From Nanobdellota archaeon (GTDB lineage Archaea > Nanobdellota > Nanobdellia > Pacearchaeales > GW2011-AR1): a DNA stretch of 64,000 bases. The translations under genes were made by a program, and so were the position numbers. Shown here piece after piece: positions 31,048 through 40,168 of the stretch (position 1 is its first letter; each line of letters begins with the position of its first letter). Below the pieces are notes generated by a model. That model was not told the DNA's origin and did not search any database. It saw nothing but the letters and a program-made list of their open reading frames with translations. The DNA lies in assembly GCA_022703705.1 (NCBI GenBank), contig JAKLDD010000002.1, forward strand, positions 4,597 through 68,596. The letters are read 5' to 3'.

Positions 31048-31953
31048 TTAACTTGTTTTAAATTCAACAATGTCTAAATCTTTTAGTTTATGAGAAAGTC
31101 CAACTTTTTGCCCCGAAAATTTGCTTGAAGGACCCCAAATTTTTGTTTCTTTAACTTTTTTTGAAAAACCTTTTAAAATTTTTTCAGCAACATCTTTTGT
31201 AGTCGAATCTGGTTCCATAATAATTGGGCGGGAACTTTTTTCTTTTCCTGGTTCTTTAGTATAAATTCTTATTTTTTTAAAACTTTGAAATAACCCTTCT
31301 TTTAACTCTTCAATCCCTTCAAGAGTTTTTGCGGAAATCATTACAAAATCATATTTTTTTGATTGAAGGGTTGCCTTTATTTTTCTTTTTTCATTTTCAT
31401 TAAGCAAATCAATTTTATTAAACACAATTATTTTCTTTCCCTCTGTTTTTAATTCATTCAATATATATTCTATATCTTTTAATGAATCAATTATTATTAA
31501 TACAGTGTCTGCTGTATGGACAATTCCTCTAGTATAAAATTCAGAACCAATTGCAGGGATTTCTATTAACTGGATATTCGTATTTTCATAATGCACTGTC
31601 CCTAATATTGGCTTTTTTGTAGTAAATTCATAATCTGCTATTTGGGGTTCGGAATTAGTTAAAATCTTTAATAAAGAAGATTTCCCAGAATTTGTTTTCC
31701 CAATTATAACCGCTTGCATATCTTCTTTTTTTATTCCAGCTATGGAAGATTTTCCGGAATGTTTAGATTTTATTAATTGTTCTTGTAGTTTTTTTAATCG
31801 CGTTTTTAATTGAGCCCTTAAATTCTCTCCCCCCTTGTGTGCTGGAGCATAAGAAATCATTTTTTTTAATTTTTCAATTTTTTCTTCCAAAGTTTTTGCT
31901 TTTAGGTATTCTCCTTCTGCCGCAATATATTCTGGATGCGCATTAATTGGCAT
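31048..31953 (-). CDS. OBG/DRG-family GTP-binding protein with C-terminal TGS domain
   Basis: G1 IIGKTNSGKSSL, G3 IEIPA, G4 FNKIDL, and a TGS-like C-terminus. Confidence 0.8.
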   Translation of the reverse strand: MPINAHPEYIAAEGEYLKAKTLEEKIEKLKKMISYAPAHKGGENLRAQLKTRLKKLQEQLIKSKHSGKSSIAGIKKEDMQAVIIGKTNSGKSSLLKILTNSEPQIADYEFTTKKPILGTVHYENTNIQLIEIPAIGSEFYTRGIVHTADTVLIIIDSLKDIEYILNELKTEGKKIIVFNKIDLLNENEKRKIKATLQSKKYDFVMISAKTLEGIEELKEGLFQSFKKIRIYTKEPGKEKSSRPIIMEPDSTTKDVAEKILKGFSKKVKETKIWGPSSKFSGQKVGLSHKLKDLDIVEFKTS

Positions 31954-31986
31954 AATTTATTAAGTTCATCTATATTTAATAAAATT

Positions 31987-32766
31987 ATGGATAAAACAGA
32001 GATTATGCGTAAAATTATTAGTAAAAGAGATTTTTCTCAGCTTCCTGCAAAAGATGTTGGGCTCGCATTCGGGAAATTTGAAAAACGACAATGTTCAGAA
32101 GAAGAAAAAATAGATTTAACTAGAGATTTGCTGAGAAAAGTTTTTTCTGCATTTACGAGCCATAAAATACTTTCACTTAAAAATAAAGATGAAGAATGGA
32201 TTTTAAGAAAACATTTATCTACAAGAGAAAGATTGCCTTATTATAATCAAATTTATCATAGAATTTTGAAAGATATTAAAGATAAAATAACTATTTTGGA
32301 TTTAGGTGCAGGAATTAATGGATTTAGTTACAAATATTTTTCAAAAAATATTAATTATGTTGGAATTGAATCTATGGGCCAGTTAGTCGATTTAATGAAT
32401 TTTTATTTCAAAAATAAAAATATCAATGCAAAGGCAAAAGCAATACATGAAAGTTTGTTTAATATAGATAAAATAAAAAAAACAATTTTGGAAAACAAAG
32501 GAAAAAAAATTTTGTTTTTATTCAAAGTGATTGATTCTCTAGAAATGCTTCAAAGAGATTATTCAAAGAAATTATTATTTGAAATTAGCCCTATTGCAGA
32601 TAAAGTTGTGGTGAGTTTTGCAACACAAAGTATGATTAAACGAGAAAAATTTAAGGTTAATAGGGGTTGGATAATTGAATTCATCAAACAAAATTTTAAT
32701 GTTTTGGATGAATTTGAATTTGGAGGAGAGAGATATCTGGTTTTTAGAAGCAAACAATTTAAATAA
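31987..32766 (+). CDS. FmrO/ArmA/RmtB-family 16S rRNA (guanine-N7) methyltransferase homolog
   Basis: IISKRDFSQL, KHLSTRERL (cf. HASTKERL/HSSTNERV), ILDLGAGINGFSY (cf. VLDIACGLNPLAL), ILFLFKVIDSLE, VVVSFATQS (cf. MAVSFPTRS). The ArmA/RmtB comparison sequences are from memory. Start moved to the ATG at 31987 to avoid overlapping the GTPase gene. Confidence 0.6.
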   Translation: MDKTEIMRKIISKRDFSQLPAKDVGLAFGKFEKRQCSEEEKIDLTRDLLRKVFSAFTSHKILSLKNKDEEWILRKHLSTRERLPYYNQIYHRILKDIKDKITILDLGAGINGFSYKYFSKNINYVGIESMGQLVDLMNFYFKNKNINAKAKAIHESLFNIDKIKKTILENKGKKILFLFKVIDSLEMLQRDYSKKLLFEISPIADKVVVSFATQSMIKREKFKVNRGWIIEFIKQNFNVLDEFEFGGERYLVFRSKQFK

Positions 32767-32786
32767 CTAATTTTCTTTTTTATCTT

Positions 32787-33992
32787 ATGAAAAGTAATTT
32801 TTACAGGAAAGTTTTGAAAAATGGAATGACTATTATTCTTGAAAAGAGAAATTTGCCTGTTGTAAGCATAGCATTCGCAGTCAGAAACGGGGGGGTAAAT
32901 GAAAAAGAGGAAGAGAAAGGGATATCTCATTTTATTGAGCATTTACTTTACAAAGGAACCCCTACAAGAAATCCAAAGAAAATTGCAGATGAAATTGAAA
33001 AACGGGGGGGAGAATTAAATGGTTTCACTTCAGAAGAAATTACTGCTTATTGGTGTAAAATTCCTTCTAAGCATATAAAATCTGCATTAGATGTTTTAAG
33101 TGATATGATTAAAAATCCTCTTTTTGATGAAAAAGAAATAGAAAAAGAAAGATTAGTTATTTTTGAAGAAATTAAAATGTATCATGACACCCCAAGATTG
33201 CATGTTTTTGACGAAATACAAAAGTCTCTTTATGATAAAACCATGTCAATTAATCTCGCTGGGACTTTTGAAACAATGAATTCTATCAACCGAGAAAAGA
33301 TAATTAAGAAATTTAAACAAGTTTACACCCCGAACAATCTCATTCTTTGTGTTGTGGGAGATGCTGATTTTAATTCTTTAGTTGATTTTGCAGAAAAAAA
33401 TTTTGATAATAAAAAAGGAAATGTTCCATTTAATAAATTTAACATGAAAAATGATTCTAAAATAGAATTTCGTTCGGGAATAGACCAAGCAAATTTGGTT
33501 TTCGCATATCACTCTCCTCTTGCTGGAAATGATAAATCTTATGCTTCTTTGGTTTTGAATACTCTAATGGCAGGAGGGATGTCTTCAAGATTATTTTCAG
33601 AGATAAGGGAAAAAAGAAATTTGGCTTATGCTGTAAAGGGAGAGCGTTCAATAAATAAAACTTTTTCTTATAGTTTAATTTATGTTGGGACAATGAAAGA
33701 GAATATTAACAAGGTTAAAGAATTAATTTTACAAGAATTTGAAAAGGTTTCAACGACTCTTAATGAAAAAGAATTAGATGAAATTAAAGAACAATTGATT
33801 GGAAATCATTACATTTCAATGGAAGATTCTCAAACTCAAATGGTCAGCTTATTAATAGATGAAATACATGGGAATGCAAAAAGTTTTTATGATTTTGAAA
33901 AAAAGATTTCGGGGGTTACATTAAATGATGTTAAAAAATTGGCTTCCAATGTAAAAAATGATTATAGTTTTTTTGCTTTGGTTCCAAAATAA
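32787..33992 (+). CDS. M16-family zinc peptidase (pitrilysin/insulinase-like)
   Basis: Inverted zinc motif HFIEHLLYKGT and a downstream E-rich segment. Confidence 0.85.
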   Translation: MKSNFYRKVLKNGMTIILEKRNLPVVSIAFAVRNGGVNEKEEEKGISHFIEHLLYKGTPTRNPKKIADEIEKRGGELNGFTSEEITAYWCKIPSKHIKSALDVLSDMIKNPLFDEKEIEKERLVIFEEIKMYHDTPRLHVFDEIQKSLYDKTMSINLAGTFETMNSINREKIIKKFKQVYTPNNLILCVVGDADFNSLVDFAEKNFDNKKGNVPFNKFNMKNDSKIEFRSGIDQANLVFAYHSPLAGNDKSYASLVLNTLMAGGMSSRLFSEIREKRNLAYAVKGERSINKTFSYSLIYVGTMKENINKVKELILQEFEKVSTTLNEKELDEIKEQLIGNHYISMEDSQTQMVSLLIDEIHGNAKSFYDFEKKISGVTLNDVKKLASNVKNDYSFFALVPK

Positions 33993-34067
33993 ATTTTTTA
34001 AGAGTTTTTTAGAATATATAATTTAATTAAAGAATAATATTAAAAAGCCAATTTATTGTGTAAAAGT

Positions 34068-34871
34068 ATGTTTGTAGTAAAGATACCTGGGATAAATGGG
34101 CTTGGTAAAACAGCAGGATGTGAGAAAGCAGGAAATGCAATTATAAATTCTTTAAGAGAGATATATTCAAGCGAGGTTGGAAATCCTATTAATGTGGACA
34201 ATCTGGATTTTGAAGAAATTCATCTTGATAATAAAAATTTAAAACTTACTAATAAATTAATTTATAAAAATTCTTTTGAAATTTATGAAACAAAACCAAA
34301 AGTCGTTTTTCTTGGGGGAGATCATTCAGTTAGCTATTCCACTACGCGTGCATTTTTAGATTATTGTGATAATTTTGGAAAAAAACCTTGCTTAATTGTA
34401 TTTGATATGCATCCAAATTGTATGAAATCTCCTGAAGAACCAAATAATATCACCTGGCTCAGAAAATTAATTGAAGATGGATTTCCTTCAGAAAATATTC
34501 TTTTAGTCGGAATTAGAAATTCTCATGAATCAGAACTGGAATTTTTAAAAGTAAAAAAAATAAAGACTATCTCTCTTAACTCAATATTACTGGATATAGA
34601 GGGAAACTGTGATTCAATTATGGAATTTTCAAATGGAAAAGAACTTTATGTTTCAATTGACATGGGGGTAATTGATCCTGTTTTTGCTCCTGCAGCAGGA
34701 TATGAAAGCGAAGTGGGGGGATTAACTTCCCGTGAATTTATTTATTTGATTCAAAGAATAAATAAAATAAAAAATTTAAGAGCAGTAGATATTGTAGAAA
34801 TAAATCCAAATAAAGATAAAGATAGTCAGACAATTAAACTTGGTGCTAAAATCTTAGGAGAGATTGTATAA
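34068..34871 (+). CDS. arginase/agmatinase-family (ureohydrolase) protein
   Basis: GGDHSVSY and SIDMGVIDPVFAPAAG. The second metal motif reads FDMHPN instead of the usual DAHxD. The track start at 34056 is TTG. Confidence 0.7.
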   Translation: MFVVKIPGINGLGKTAGCEKAGNAIINSLREIYSSEVGNPINVDNLDFEEIHLDNKNLKLTNKLIYKNSFEIYETKPKVVFLGGDHSVSYSTTRAFLDYCDNFGKKPCLIVFDMHPNCMKSPEEPNNITWLRKLIEDGFPSENILLVGIRNSHESELEFLKVKKIKTISLNSILLDIEGNCDSIMEFSNGKELYVSIDMGVIDPVFAPAAGYESEVGGLTSREFIYLIQRINKIKNLRAVDIVEINPNKDKDSQTIKLGAKILGEIV

Positions 34872-34873
34872 AA

Positions 34874-35395
34874 ATGAGGGTTTTTATTTCAATAAAACTT
34901 CCAACAAAAATTTTAATGAAAGTCAAAGAAATTCAGGAAAAGCTCCCGGAATTTACTGGAAAGAAAACAGAAATTAAAAATTTACATTTAACATTAAAAT
35001 TTTTCGGGGAAATTTCTTTTGAAAAAATGGAAGAAATAAAAGAAAAATTAAAGGAGATTAATTTTGAAAAGTTTGAGGCAAGAATTGGAAAGATAGGCTT
35101 TTTTGATAAACCTAAATCAGGGATTGTTTGGTTGGAAATAAACAATTGCACGCTTTTGCAAAAGGAAGTAGACAAAATCTTAAAAGATACTTTTGATGAA
35201 GAAAAAAGGTTTATGGGACATTTGACAATTGCAAGAGTTAAAAAAATCAAGGATAAAAAAATATTTTTTGATAAACTTAACCAAATTAATAGCCCCCATA
35301 TATTTTTTATTGTTGATAGATTTTATTTAATGCAATCTAAACTTAAAAAAGAAGGTCCAGAATACCTTGCTTTAAACGAATATATTCTGAAATAA
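34874..35395 (+). CDS. 2'-5' RNA ligase / 2H phosphoesterase (LigT/ThpR)
   Basis: Two H-x-T-x motifs: HLTLKF and HLTIAR. Confidence 0.85.
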   Translation: MRVFISIKLPTKILMKVKEIQEKLPEFTGKKTEIKNLHLTLKFFGEISFEKMEEIKEKLKEINFEKFEARIGKIGFFDKPKSGIVWLEINNCTLLQKEVDKILKDTFDEEKRFMGHLTIARVKKIKDKKIFFDKLNQINSPHIFFIVDRFYLMQSKLKKEGPEYLALNEYILK

Positions 35396-35396
35396 G

Positions 35397-36110
35397 TTAA
35401 TATTTTTCTTCAATTATTTTTCTTATTTGTTTTGCTTTTTCCCCAAGTATTTTTTTTAATTCTTCTGTAGGTGCAAGAATAATATTCTGTATCGATCCGA
35501 ATTTTTCCAGAAGTTTTTTAGATTTTTTTGGGCCAATTCCTGGAAAACTTTCTATTATAAATTGCAATTGTTCTTTTTTACTGAGAGTTTTCTTTTTTGC
35601 GTTAAGATTAATTTCTTTTTCCTTTTTTTTAAAAAGAATATTCATAAATTTTGCAGTGTCTTCTGAATTTTTTGTAAATAAAACCGGAATTTTATGTTTA
35701 AGAAGAATTGAAAGCAAAAACCCCCTTATTGCATTTGGATTCATCCCCCCTTCTTTCTCTGAACTACTGTAAAGTTCTTTTTCTGAAATTCCTTCAACAA
35801 TTAATAATTTATTAGGATATTGTTTTAATTCTTCAATTTGTTTTAATAATCTTTTATTTATCATTGAAGAAATAAAATCCGAAACTGTTTTTCTTTCAAT
35901 AACGATGTTTCTCACAATGTAATCCCCAATTTTTAATTCTTTAAATTCTACTTCTATCCCTAATTTTATTAAATGAGAAGCAATCAAAGAATTTTTTTCC
36001 CTATAATCAATTATAATTTTTTCTATTGTTTCTGTTTTTTTAACTTCCTTATCCTTTTTTTTATTTTGGGAAAAGATGTCTAATAATTTTGGAGAGTTTA
36101 TTGTTTTCAT
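35397..36110 (-). CDS. XPF/ERCC4-type nuclease with C-terminal (HhH)2 (short form; nuclease half of Hef)
   Basis: IIDYREK.., GDYIV..VIERKTVSDF (GDxnERKxxxD), C-terminal FPGIGPKKSKKLLEKFGS. Confidence 0.85.
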   Translation of the reverse strand: MKTINSPKLLDIFSQNKKKDKEVKKTETIEKIIIDYREKNSLIASHLIKLGIEVEFKELKIGDYIVRNIVIERKTVSDFISSMINKRLLKQIEELKQYPNKLLIVEGISEKELYSSSEKEGGMNPNAIRGFLLSILLKHKIPVLFTKNSEDTAKFMNILFKKKEKEINLNAKKKTLSKKEQLQFIIESFPGIGPKKSKKLLEKFGSIQNIILAPTEELKKILGEKAKQIRKIIEEKY

Positions 36111-36163
36111 TTTAGCATAAGAGAAATAGTTATATTTATAAATTTGTTTTTATTTACCCTAAT

Positions 36164-36679
36164 ATGCATCATTTACATAAAGGAGCAAAGTGGCTTTTTA
36201 GAGTTCAAATTTATTCTGTATTAATTTTTTTATTTGTTTTTTTTGGAATTTTTTTAATGCCCCTTTGGTTAGAGGGTGTCTTTACAATTTCGCCTACATT
36301 CATAATTTTACCAATTGCCGGTTTATTTTTATTCATTTTATTGGGAGAATTATTTGTTAATTGGGCCTATAAGAATTGGAAATATGAATTTACAGAAGAT
36401 TCTCTTAAGATAGAAAAGGGAATTATAGTAAAAAGATATAAATCAATACCCTATCAAAGAATTCAAAATGTGGATATTACTAGGGGAATTTTAGCAAGGA
36501 TTATTGGATTTTCTACAATAGATATTCAAACAGCAGGATATTCTATGTATGCAGGTTCTGGAAGAGGGGGGATGTTTTCAGAAGGACATATACCTGCCAT
36601 TTCAATTCAACACGCAGAGGAGATTCGTGATTTTTTAATAGAAAAAATTTCTCACAGAAACAACAATCAAGGATTATAA
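36164..36679 (+). CDS. membrane protein with bacterial-type PH (bPH_2/YdbS-like) domain
   Basis: 2 TM, then YEFTEDSLKIEKGIIVKRYKSIPYQRIQNVDITRGILARIIGFSTIDIQTAG. Confidence 0.75.
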   Translation: MHHLHKGAKWLFRVQIYSVLIFLFVFFGIFLMPLWLEGVFTISPTFIILPIAGLFLFILLGELFVNWAYKNWKYEFTEDSLKIEKGIIVKRYKSIPYQRIQNVDITRGILARIIGFSTIDIQTAGYSMYAGSGRGGMFSEGHIPAISIQHAEEIRDFLIEKISHRNNNQGL

Positions 36680-36696
36680 TACTTTTAAAAATACAG

Positions 36697-36927
36697 ATGA
36701 TTGACGAATTAAAAAAAATACAATTAGAACAAAAGAAATTTAAAAATACTTTCTGGTTTGTAGTTGGAATTTTAATTCTTCTTGCAGGCACGTTTTTATT
36801 ATTTAGGGGTTTTATTAGCTCTAATGAGAATTTTATTTTATTTGGGATAATTGCATTTGTTTTTGGAAGTCTCTTAGCTGTTTTGAATAAAATTGGATTA
36901 AATAAACTTAAAGAGCAGGCAATATAA
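36697..36927 (+). CDS. small 2-TM membrane protein
   Basis: Hydrophobic segments FWFVVGILILLAGTFLLF and ILFGIIAFVFGSLLAVL. Confidence 0.5.
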   Translation: MIDELKKIQLEQKKFKNTFWFVVGILILLAGTFLLFRGFISSNENFILFGIIAFVFGSLLAVLNKIGLNKLKEQAI

Positions 36928-36930
36928 TTT

Positions 36931-38487
36931 TTATTCTAATTTTTTTTGAATTTCTATTTTATTTTTGTTTCCATTTTCAAAATCGCTTTTTATGCTCTCA
37001 ATTGCAATTTTCATTTTTTTCTCACGGGATTTAGAAACATAGAAAAATGCTTCATCACGGGTTTTTTTTGTTATGAGCATTATTATTTTCCCTTTCTTTA
37101 ATCGGGCAGTTCTTCCTGAACGCTGTATTGTTCTTATTGCAGAAGGAATTGGTTCATAAAAAATTACAATATTTACTTCCGGGATATCCAAGCCCTCTTC
37201 TGCTATGCAAGTTGCGCACAAAACATTTATCTTTCCTTCTGAAAATTCTTCAATTATTTTTTTTTGTTGTTTTTGATTTAATCCGCCCGTAGAATCTTTC
37301 TTGGCTTGTCCTATAAAGAGTTTGGATTTTATATCCTTAAGTTCATTTATCCTTTTTGAAATATTAGAAGCAGTTTCCCTAAATTGAGTAAATATAATTA
37401 TTTTTATATTTGGATTTTCAATTTTTTCTTTTTCAATTAATTTTATCAATTCATGCAATTTTGGGTGCTCTCTTTTTTTAGAAAGTAATTCACTAGAACG
37501 TGTAAAAACAAAATTAAATTCTGGTTTTGCAACAAGTTTAACAACTCCCTTGCTCTGTTTTTTTGAAGCTTGTTCAAATAATCCTTTTAAATATTTATTA
37601 AATCCTTCTAATGTTTGAGTTTCAAGCAATTCAAGTGCATGCTGAATTTTAACTGCTTGAGCGCAAGCACTTGCCCCCATCATATAATTAAAATTTCCGG
37701 GGTTTCTCATCAATAAGCCGGAGATTTTCCCTTGGAGAGCAATTAGTTCTGTTTTTGAAGCAGAACCAAATAAGATTTTTCTACTTCTTAATTCTTCTAC
37801 ATATTCTCCAAAAATTTTTAATAGAACTTGCCTTATTTCTTCAAATTCCTGGGGAAAATCTACGAGTATTTTTTCAAATTTTAATTCTTGTAAGTATTCT
37901 TTTACATCTGAGCTTTCTCTTGTACGCAATTCAACTTCTTCAATAAAAAGGTTTTTACATATTTCTTTTATTTTTGATTTTTCACTTCCGGGAGAGGCAG
38001 TTAAACCGAGTATTCTTGGGCAGGAAGATTGTGCAATATATTCTTGAGCTATGTAATTATAATCATAATTTTTTATACATCTGTGAGCTTCATCTTCTAT
38101 AAGAAGGCAAACATCTTTCAGATTATACATTCTATTTTTTAAATCGTTTGCAATACATTGGGGGGTAGAAAATATTATGTCTCCTGTTTGCCAAATTTTT
38201 TTTCTATTTTGTGCGTTTATACTTCCTGTAAAAAGCTGCATTTCTCCAAATAATTCTGGAAGATTTTTTTTAAAATAATTTAAATGTTGCTCTGCAAGAG
38301 GTTTGGTTGGAGCAAGAAAGAGCACTTTTTTTCCAGGAAAATTTTTCATTCTGTCAATTGTGAGCATTAATGCAATAAGAGTCTTTCCTAAACCAGTAGG
38401 AAGAACAACCAAACAGTTTTTCTCTTTGCATGTTTCAAATATTTTTTTTTGATATTCTCTCGGAGAAATATTTTTTAAAAATTCCAT
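36931..38487 (-). CDS. Hef/FANCM-type SF2 helicase (helicase half only)
   Basis: PREYQ, LPTGLGKT, IEDEAHR, LGLTASPG, TCIAEEGLDIP, QRSGRTAR. It ends without a nuclease domain. Start moved to Met33 (MEFLKNISPREYQ) to avoid overlap with the upstream gene. Confidence 0.85.
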   Translation of the reverse strand: MEFLKNISPREYQKKIFETCKEKNCLVVLPTGLGKTLIALMLTIDRMKNFPGKKVLFLAPTKPLAEQHLNYFKKNLPELFGEMQLFTGSINAQNRKKIWQTGDIIFSTPQCIANDLKNRMYNLKDVCLLIEDEAHRCIKNYDYNYIAQEYIAQSSCPRILGLTASPGSEKSKIKEICKNLFIEEVELRTRESSDVKEYLQELKFEKILVDFPQEFEEIRQVLLKIFGEYVEELRSRKILFGSASKTELIALQGKISGLLMRNPGNFNYMMGASACAQAVKIQHALELLETQTLEGFNKYLKGLFEQASKKQSKGVVKLVAKPEFNFVFTRSSELLSKKREHPKLHELIKLIEKEKIENPNIKIIIFTQFRETASNISKRINELKDIKSKLFIGQAKKDSTGGLNQKQQKKIIEEFSEGKINVLCATCIAEEGLDIPEVNIVIFYEPIPSAIRTIQRSGRTARLKKGKIIMLITKKTRDEAFFYVSKSREKKMKIAIESIKSDFENGNKNKIEIQKKLE

Positions 38488-38522
38488 GAGTCCTTTAAAT
38501 TCTATTAATTTTATAAACTCTT

Positions 38523-39170
38523 TTAAACCAAGAAAAAAGTATATGCTAATCCAATCAAGGTTATTATTGCCAAGAAGCTCCAAAGCACGTAATTTCCGAA
38601 AAATACCTTATTTCCATCTAAATTGGATATTGGAATCATATTAAAGAATGCAAACCAAATATTAAATTTTGCAAAAATCATCCCAAATTCTCCCCCTACA
38701 AAATAGAATATTACAGCAAGAACTAAATTTACAAAAATTCCTGAAGCAGCTATAATTCCTACTTGCCATTCTGTCATCTCTGAAAAAGAATACATCCCAT
38801 GCCTTTTAGCTGCATGATAAACTTTTGCTTTAACCTCAAACACAAGAGAAGCCATCCAAACAAAACCTGCCAGTGGAAAAAGTATTATTTTAGACAATAA
38901 TGGAAAAAATGCTCCTGCAGGAAATCCTTTTTTAAAAGATTGCCCTCTTTTATATCCCCATTTTTTAAAAGACCAAATATCTATTTCAATTTCAGATTCA
39001 AAAAAATACGCAACAATTTTTTTAACTAATGAATTGATTAAGATTATTATGAAGATTGCTAAAAGGGCATACAAAAAAAGATTTATCTCAAAAGATTTTG
39101 AAAGCACACTTGAAAAAGCTATTATTATTGAACAAATCGTGATAATAATTATTTCTTTTAAGTTTATCAT
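38523..39170 (-). CDS. M50 (site-2 protease)-like membrane protein with degenerate active site
   Basis: The C-terminal FNMIPISNLDGNKVF matches the M50 NxxPxxPLDG motif. INSLVKKIVA sits where HExxH is expected. Confidence 0.5.
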   Translation of the reverse strand: MINLKEIIIITICSIIIAFSSVLSKSFEINLFLYALLAIFIIILINSLVKKIVAYFFESEIEIDIWSFKKWGYKRGQSFKKGFPAGAFFPLLSKIILFPLAGFVWMASLVFEVKAKVYHAAKRHGMYSFSEMTEWQVGIIAASGIFVNLVLAVIFYFVGGEFGMIFAKFNIWFAFFNMIPISNLDGNKVFFGNYVLWSFLAIITLIGLAYTFFLV

Positions 39171-39277
39171 GCTTTTTTTAGGAAATATTTTTTTATAAAC
39201 CTTATTATATTCTGACTTATATAAAATATCTTATACATTATGGAAAAGTATTTAAATGGAATATTATAAAAGTTAAT

Positions 39278-39550
39278 ATGCAAATAAAAAGAATCTCAGA
39301 GGTTTTAGGAAAAAGAGTCTTTACTGATTTAGGAGATTTTTTTGGAGAGGTTGAAGAAGCAAATCTTAGAGAAAATAAGGTGGATGGTTGGAGGATTAGG
39401 GTAGGTGGAAGTGTTCTTTCTTTGGTTGGGGGTGCTCGAGGCGTTATAATCCCACATCAGTTTGTTAAATCAATAAGCGATGTATTCATAATATCTAAAT
39501 CCGCTTTGCCAAGCCAAGAATCTGGTTTTGAAGAAGTGCCTATAGATTAA
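39278..39550 (+). CDS. PRC-barrel domain protein (90 aa)
   Basis: ISEVLGKRVFTDLGDFFGEVEEANL..VDGWRIRVGG..IIPHQFVKSISDVFIISK. Confidence 0.7.
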   Translation: MQIKRISEVLGKRVFTDLGDFFGEVEEANLRENKVDGWRIRVGGSVLSLVGGARGVIIPHQFVKSISDVFIISKSALPSQESGFEEVPID

Positions 39551-39576
39551 ATAAAAAAGGAGAAAAAAGAGGATAG

Positions 39577-40086
39577 ATGGGAATGTTTATTTTTGAAAGT
39601 CCGATTTTAGTAAATTTTGTATATCCTTTTTTCTTGATTTTTTTTGTTTTGTTTGCTGTTCTTGATAGGACTAAAATTTTTGGGGAGGAAAAAAAGCAAA
39701 TTAATGCTCTTGTGGCATTTATTGTAGCATTTATTTTTGTAAGTGCTGTTTTTCCGAAAGTAATTGTCAGTAATTTAATTTTATTTTTGGCAATCGCTTT
39801 AATTGTGGTTTTTATTGTTCTTTTACTTTGGGGATTTGTTATGGGGGGAACTAGTCTTAATATATTTGAAAATTCTAAACCGGGATTTAAAATTTTTGTA
39901 GGGGTTTTAATTTTGGTGGGAGTCACAATTGCTGTTCTTTGGGCAGCGGGAGTTGATACTGGTGGACTTCTAGGAAAATTATTCAATTCTGATTGGAGTG
40001 AATCATTTTGGACAAATGTTTTATTTTTTGTTTTAGTTGCAATTGCTTTGGCAGTTATGTTAAGAACAAGTGGAACTAAGAAATAA
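39577..40086 (+). CDS. polytopic membrane protein, family member 1 of 4
   Basis: 5 TM. Motif FFVLFAVLDRTKIFGEEKKQINALVAFIVAFIF is shared with 40169.., 50459.. and 51103... Confidence 0.6.
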   Translation: MGMFIFESPILVNFVYPFFLIFFVLFAVLDRTKIFGEEKKQINALVAFIVAFIFVSAVFPKVIVSNLILFLAIALIVVFIVLLLWGFVMGGTSLNIFENSKPGFKIFVGVLILVGVTIAVLWAAGVDTGGLLGKLFNSDWSESFWTNVLFFVLVAIALAVMLRTSGTKK

Positions 40087-40168
40087 TTTGATTATCCTAA
40101 TTTAAATCGCTTTATGCCCCAATTAAATAATACGAAACATATTTAAATAATATTTAATAAAATATAAT

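Noticed and set aside
39540-39986. Minus-strand 148-aa ORF overlapping membrane protein 39577..40086
   Set aside because: The plus-strand product is a clean polytopic membrane protein with a paralog immediately downstream. The minus-strand translation is basic and low-complexity.
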